A stretch of DNA of 64,000 bases from assembly GCA_033764955.1 (NCBI GenBank), contig JANRIL010000044.1, forward strand, positions 1-64,000. The letters run 5' to 3'. Below are positions 60,617-64,000 of the stretch, piece after piece; the stretch's first letter is position 1, and each line of letters starts with the position of its first letter. The notes under the pieces were generated by a model. It was not told where the DNA came from and did no database searches. It saw only the letters and a program-made list of their open reading frames with translations. Source of the DNA: Cyanobacteriota bacterium. Its GTDB lineage: Bacteria > Cyanobacteriota > Cyanobacteriia > Thermostichales > Thermostichaceae. A program made the position numbers and the translations under genes.

Positions 60617-61717
60617 CTAGCTGGCTAAGGCTGGATAGTCGGTATAGCCCTTGGCATCCCCGCCGTAGAGGGTGGTGGGATCCAGAGGATTTAACTCACT
60701 TTGCTGACGGAAACGTTCCGGCAGGTCGGGGTTGGCAATAAACAACCGCCCAAACGCTACTAAATCCGCCTGCCCAGAGGCTAACACCTGATTTCCTCGC
60801 TGCCAGTCATAGCCTTCATTCACCATCAAGACTCCCTGAAAGCGTTGCCGGAAATAGGAGATCGGGATCATCACGCCCCCATAGCGCAAATCCGCTTCAC
60901 TGGCTTCTCGCAGGTGGAGATAGGCCAGACCAAAACGGTTCAACGCCTCGACTGCATAGCCAAAGGTGGCTTCGCTGTTGGAATCAGACATGCTGTTAAA
61001 CGTACCCCCAGGGGAAAGCCGCACCCCCACTCGGTTAGCCCCCCAGACTTGGCTAACCGCTTCGGTCACCTCTAAGAGAAGACGGGCGCGATTTTCAACG
61101 GATCCCCCATAGGCATCACTGCGATGGTTCGTCCCATCCCGCAAAAACTGATCCAGCAAATAGCCATTTGCCCCATGCACCTCTACCCCATCAAATCCGG
61201 CGGTCAGGGCATTGGCGGCGGCCTGTCGATAGTCAGCAATAATACGGGGAATTTCTGATGTTTCCAGCGCCCGTGGGGTGACATAGGGTTTGGAGCCTGT
61301 ATAAGTTAACACCTCTCCTTGGGGAGCAATTGCGGAAGGAGCTACGGGTAACTGGCCGTTGGGCAGTAAGTCAGGATGCGAGATTCTGCCTACATGCCAG
61401 AGCTGCAAAAAGATCCGCCCCCCCTTAGCATGAACCGCATCGGTCACCAGCCGCCACCCTTCTATCTGCTCCGGTGAATGGATGCCTGGGGTGCCGGGAT
61501 AGCCCACTCCTTCGGGAGAAATTTGGGTGGCTTCGCTGATCAACAAGCCTGCCGAAGCCCGTTGAGCATAATGCAGGGCATTGAGGGCAGTGGGGGCATT
61601 GCCCGCGCCCGCTCGATTGCGGGTGAGGGGAGCCATCACCATCCGATTGGCTAGTTGGTAAGGTCCCACCTGTAGGGGGGAAAATAAATCTACGGTTTGA
61701 GGTTCTAAGGTTAGCAT
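60617..61717 (-). CDS. nemA: Old yellow enzyme family alkene reductase (NemA-like)
   Basis: MAPLTRNRA, QLWHVGR, EVHGANGYL, YGGSVENRAR, FIANPDL, GYTDYP. Confidence 0.93.
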   Translation of the reverse strand: MLTLEPQTVDLFSPLQVGPYQLANRMVMAPLTRNRAGAGNAPTALNALHYAQRASAGLLISEATQISPEGVGYPGTPGIHSPEQIEGWRLVTDAVHAKGGRIFLQLWHVGRISHPDLLPNGQLPVAPSAIAPQGEVLTYTGSKPYVTPRALETSEIPRIIADYRQAAANALTAGFDGVEVHGANGYLLDQFLRDGTNHRSDAYGGSVENRARLLLEVTEAVSQVWGANRVGVRLSPGGTFNSMSDSNSEATFGYAVEALNRFGLAYLHLREASEADLRYGGVMIPISYFRQRFQGVLMVNEGYDWQRGNQVLASGQADLVAFGRLFIANPDLPERFRQQSELNPLDPTTLYGGDAKGYTDYPALAS

Positions 61718-61749
61718 CGCTTTACTTCCTACGAGTTGGGGTAGTTGAT

Positions 61750-61761
61750 TAGACTGGTCTA
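61750..61761. promoter_or_regulatory. NemR-type operator (partial) upstream of nemA
   Basis: TAGACTGGTCTA; the reverse strand shares TAGACCAGTC with the box at 62440. Confidence 0.7.
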
Positions 61762-61820
61762 TTCCTATACAGTCAATAACAGGTTGACCGGCTACCTTTT
61801 GGCTTGCTATCGCTTAGCCC

Positions 61821-62429
61821 TTAGGGATCCCTTTTCCCTGATCCTGGTTTTATCAACACATGATCAAATAAAATTGAGATAAAGGCATCAATGGGTTCTA
61901 AGCTTTTACTCACCTTCATTTGTAACAACGCTCCCTCCCATCCACTCATGCAAAACTCTGCCAAAAGACTGACATTCAAGTTGCTTGGAATTTCTTCCTG
62001 CTGCTGAGCCTGAGCCAAACATTGAGCAAATTGTTGTCGCCATTGGGCAAATACTTCAGCCAATTTGCAGCGAAAACTCTCCAGTTGATCCCCTAATTCT
62101 TGCCCCAGGTTTCCCAACAGGCAACCCTCCCGGCACTGCAAGGAAGCAAAAGCCTCCCGCTTGTCGGTAAAGTAGCGACGCAACCGCGTCAGCGGCGAAT
62201 AGGTTATGTCCAACAGATAGGCATCCAAAACCCGTTGATGGGCGGCGGCCTCCTGCTCAATCATCTGCAAGCCAAAGTCTTCTTTGCTGGTGAAGTAGTG
62301 GTAGAAGGATCCCTTGGGTACTCCGGTGGCCTGCAAGATCTCCTGGATGCCAGTGTGATGAAACCCCTTCTCGCGGATGATCTGGGTGCCTGCCTGCAAA
62401 AGTAACGCACGGGTATCAAGCTTGTTCAT
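61821..62429 (-). CDS. nemR: TetR-family regulator (NemR-like)
   Basis: GFHHTGIQEIL...VPKGSFYHYF.SKEDFG; GCLLGNLGQE redox Cys; adjacent to nemA. Confidence 0.9.
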   Translation of the reverse strand: MNKLDTRALLLQAGTQIIREKGFHHTGIQEILQATGVPKGSFYHYFTSKEDFGLQMIEQEAAAHQRVLDAYLLDITYSPLTRLRRYFTDKREAFASLQCREGCLLGNLGQELGDQLESFRCKLAEVFAQWRQQFAQCLAQAQQQEEIPSNLNVSLLAEFCMSGWEGALLQMKVSKSLEPIDAFISILFDHVLIKPGSGKRDP

Positions 62430-62439
62430 GACTAAAGAG

Positions 62440-62455
62440 TAGACCAGTCGGTCTA
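62440..62455. promoter_or_regulatory. NemR operator inside a sigma70 promoter
   Basis: TAGACC-AGTC-GGTCTA palindrome lying between TTGACA (62465-62460) and TACTCT (62441-62436, overlapping it by 2 bp) on the minus strand. Confidence 0.85.
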
Positions 62456-62475
62456 GGGCTGTCAAGAGGGTGGGT

Positions 62476-63999
62476 TCAATCGCTCGCTGAGTCAGGAGAG
62501 TGGGAGGAGTCTGGGGATCCCTGGGTGGGGGAAAACAGTTTTTCTAGAACTTGATTCAAGGTGGATTGCATCGTGATGCGTTCTTCATAGGCGGCCAAAA
62601 TCCGTGTTAGTTGGGGCAAGCGATCCCGTTCCGCCTCTAGAAAAAGGGGCTGAATGTAGAGGAGGGCATTTTGAATAGGAATGACCAACAGCGTACCGTA
62701 ATTAACACGGGATCCATGCTCACTCCACAGGGATATTTGCTCAGAGATCTCAGGATTTTGATTGATGCGAGCTTCCACCTGTTCAGGGCCGTAGATCAAG
62801 CGTTGCCGCGAAAATTCATAGACAACGAGTTGTCCATAATGCTCTCCATCACAACGGGCTGCCATCCAGGCAATCATATTTTGTTTGCTAAAGGGAGTAA
62901 ATTGAGACAGCAAGACAAATTCTGGTTCATTTTGGGCATTGGGCAATTCGGGCAGAGTTAAAATCAAGTATTGTGGCTGCATTGGTTGCAGTTTTTCATG
63001 GCGATATTGATTCGGAATTTGCCAGAGATCTTCGCGGTTATAGAAAATTTGTGGATCCACCATATGGTAGGTGGCATATTGCTGGGTTTGAATACGAAAG
63101 AGGTCTTGGGGGTAGCGCAGATGATTCTTCAGATCATCGGGCATCTCGGCAAAACGATGAAAGAGATCAGGGAAAATATGCTGGTAGGTACGAATTAAGG
63201 GATCCCCCTCATCCACCACATAAAAATCAACGCTCCCATCATAGGCATCAATGATTACTTTCACGGAATTGCGAATGTAATTGAAAGCATGGAGAGAGGC
63301 GGCTGGCTCGGAATAGGGATAGTAATTTGTGAGGGTATAAGCATCCAAAATCCAGTAGAGCTTTCCCTGGCTAATCACTAAATAGGGATCCGCGTCGTAG
63401 TCTAAAAAAGGAGCTAGGTGTTGAACCCGTTCTCGAATTTGCCGACGAAAGAGGAATTTGGTTTCTGGGCGAAACTCACGGCTGATTAAAATCCGTAGAT
63501 CTCGGAAATGCCAAGCAAACATCAGGCGTTGCCAGAGGTGAGGTACGGGCACTCCCCCGGATCCCTGATAGTTGCTATAGATATATTCATCGGCTTCGGG
63601 ATAGTCCAGTTCGCGGGCGGAGGTGCCGACAAAAATATCGGTGTCCGTCAATTCTCCGTAATAAATAGCTGGGTTACGGATGGTCATGGCTTCGTCCACA
63701 AGGGAATTCACTGATTTGGGAGGCAGATCAGAGATGAAGAAGGCGGGTAAACCCTCCGAGGTGACAACATTGACCGGACTGAGAGCCAGACCATAGCCGT
63801 GGGTATAAAAAAAGCGTTGGTTGATCCAGGTTTGAGCGGGTTCGGGCACACGCTGATAGTCCAGTTCGCGGGCAGAGTGCATCACTTGACGCAGTTCTCC
63901 GCCAATCCGATAGCGATCCACATCCACAAAGGGAAATTGATAGTAAGGGCGAATTTCCTGCAACTGTCGATAGGCGGCCAGCAGGGGATCCGGATCCCA
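62476..63999 (-). CDS. UPF0182 family membrane protein (5' part outside window)
   Basis: DVDRY, YTHGYG, DADPY, NYIRNSVK, HLRYPQDLF, YHM.DP..FYNREDLW, GTLLVIPI. Confidence 0.92.
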   Translation of the reverse strand, partial: WDPDPLLAAYRQLQEIRPYYQFPFVDVDRYRIGGELRQVMHSARELDYQRVPEPAQTWINQRFFYTHGYGLALSPVNVVTSEGLPAFFISDLPPKSVNSLVDEAMTIRNPAIYYGELTDTDIFVGTSARELDYPEADEYIYSNYQGSGGVPVPHLWQRLMFAWHFRDLRILISREFRPETKFLFRRQIRERVQHLAPFLDYDADPYLVISQGKLYWILDAYTLTNYYPYSEPAASLHAFNYIRNSVKVIIDAYDGSVDFYVVDEGDPLIRTYQHIFPDLFHRFAEMPDDLKNHLRYPQDLFRIQTQQYATYHMVDPQIFYNREDLWQIPNQYRHEKLQPMQPQYLILTLPELPNAQNEPEFVLLSQFTPFSKQNMIAWMAARCDGEHYGQLVVYEFSRQRLIYGPEQVEARINQNPEISEQISLWSEHGSRVNYGTLLVIPIQNALLYIQPLFLEAERDRLPQLTRILAAYEERITMQSTLNQVLEKLFSPTQGSPDSSHSPDSASD

Positions 64000-64000
64000 G

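Overview
A 64 kb window of a cyanobacterial chromosome, identified by ndhCKJ, nblB, PAM68, Tic20, DUF2811, a cyanobacteriochrome-type kinase and a cyanobacterial-type 6S RNA. It is saturated with the palindrome GGGATCCC rather than canonical HIP1 (GCGATCGC), which points to the Thermostichus / Yellowstone Synechococcus OS-A/OS-B' lineage (inference). Most of it is core genome: lipB, moaC, murC-murB, rpsO-PAM68-aroF, sufS, ndhC-K-J, pgm, lspA, larC/larE, leuD, nemR-nemA. I saw no CRISPR array, tRNA, rRNA or transposase. The most interesting items are: (1) a 67-aa stand-alone protein built from two copies of a 'GNPxxFxxMA' motif that resembles the core-docking motif of the phycobilisome linker CpcG; (2) a roughly 7 kb co-directional cluster of exported metal/redox proteins (Tat ferritin-like protein, cupredoxin, split DUF4331 pair, TPR protein, cyclase-like DUF3095, His-rich Ni/Co transporter) with a candidate ECF-sigma promoter; (3) an 11-bp-phased array of cyanobacterial DnaA boxes away from dnaA/dnaN; (4) a membrane protein with two complete Ser/Thr kinase domains; (5) a soluble CBS-domain chemoreceptor, a dual-Cys cyanobacteriochrome, and a MidA/NDUFAF7 methyltransferase directly behind ndhCKJ. 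All family assignments come from motif recognition by eye, with no database searches. Several start codons were moved from the ORF track to more plausible positions.
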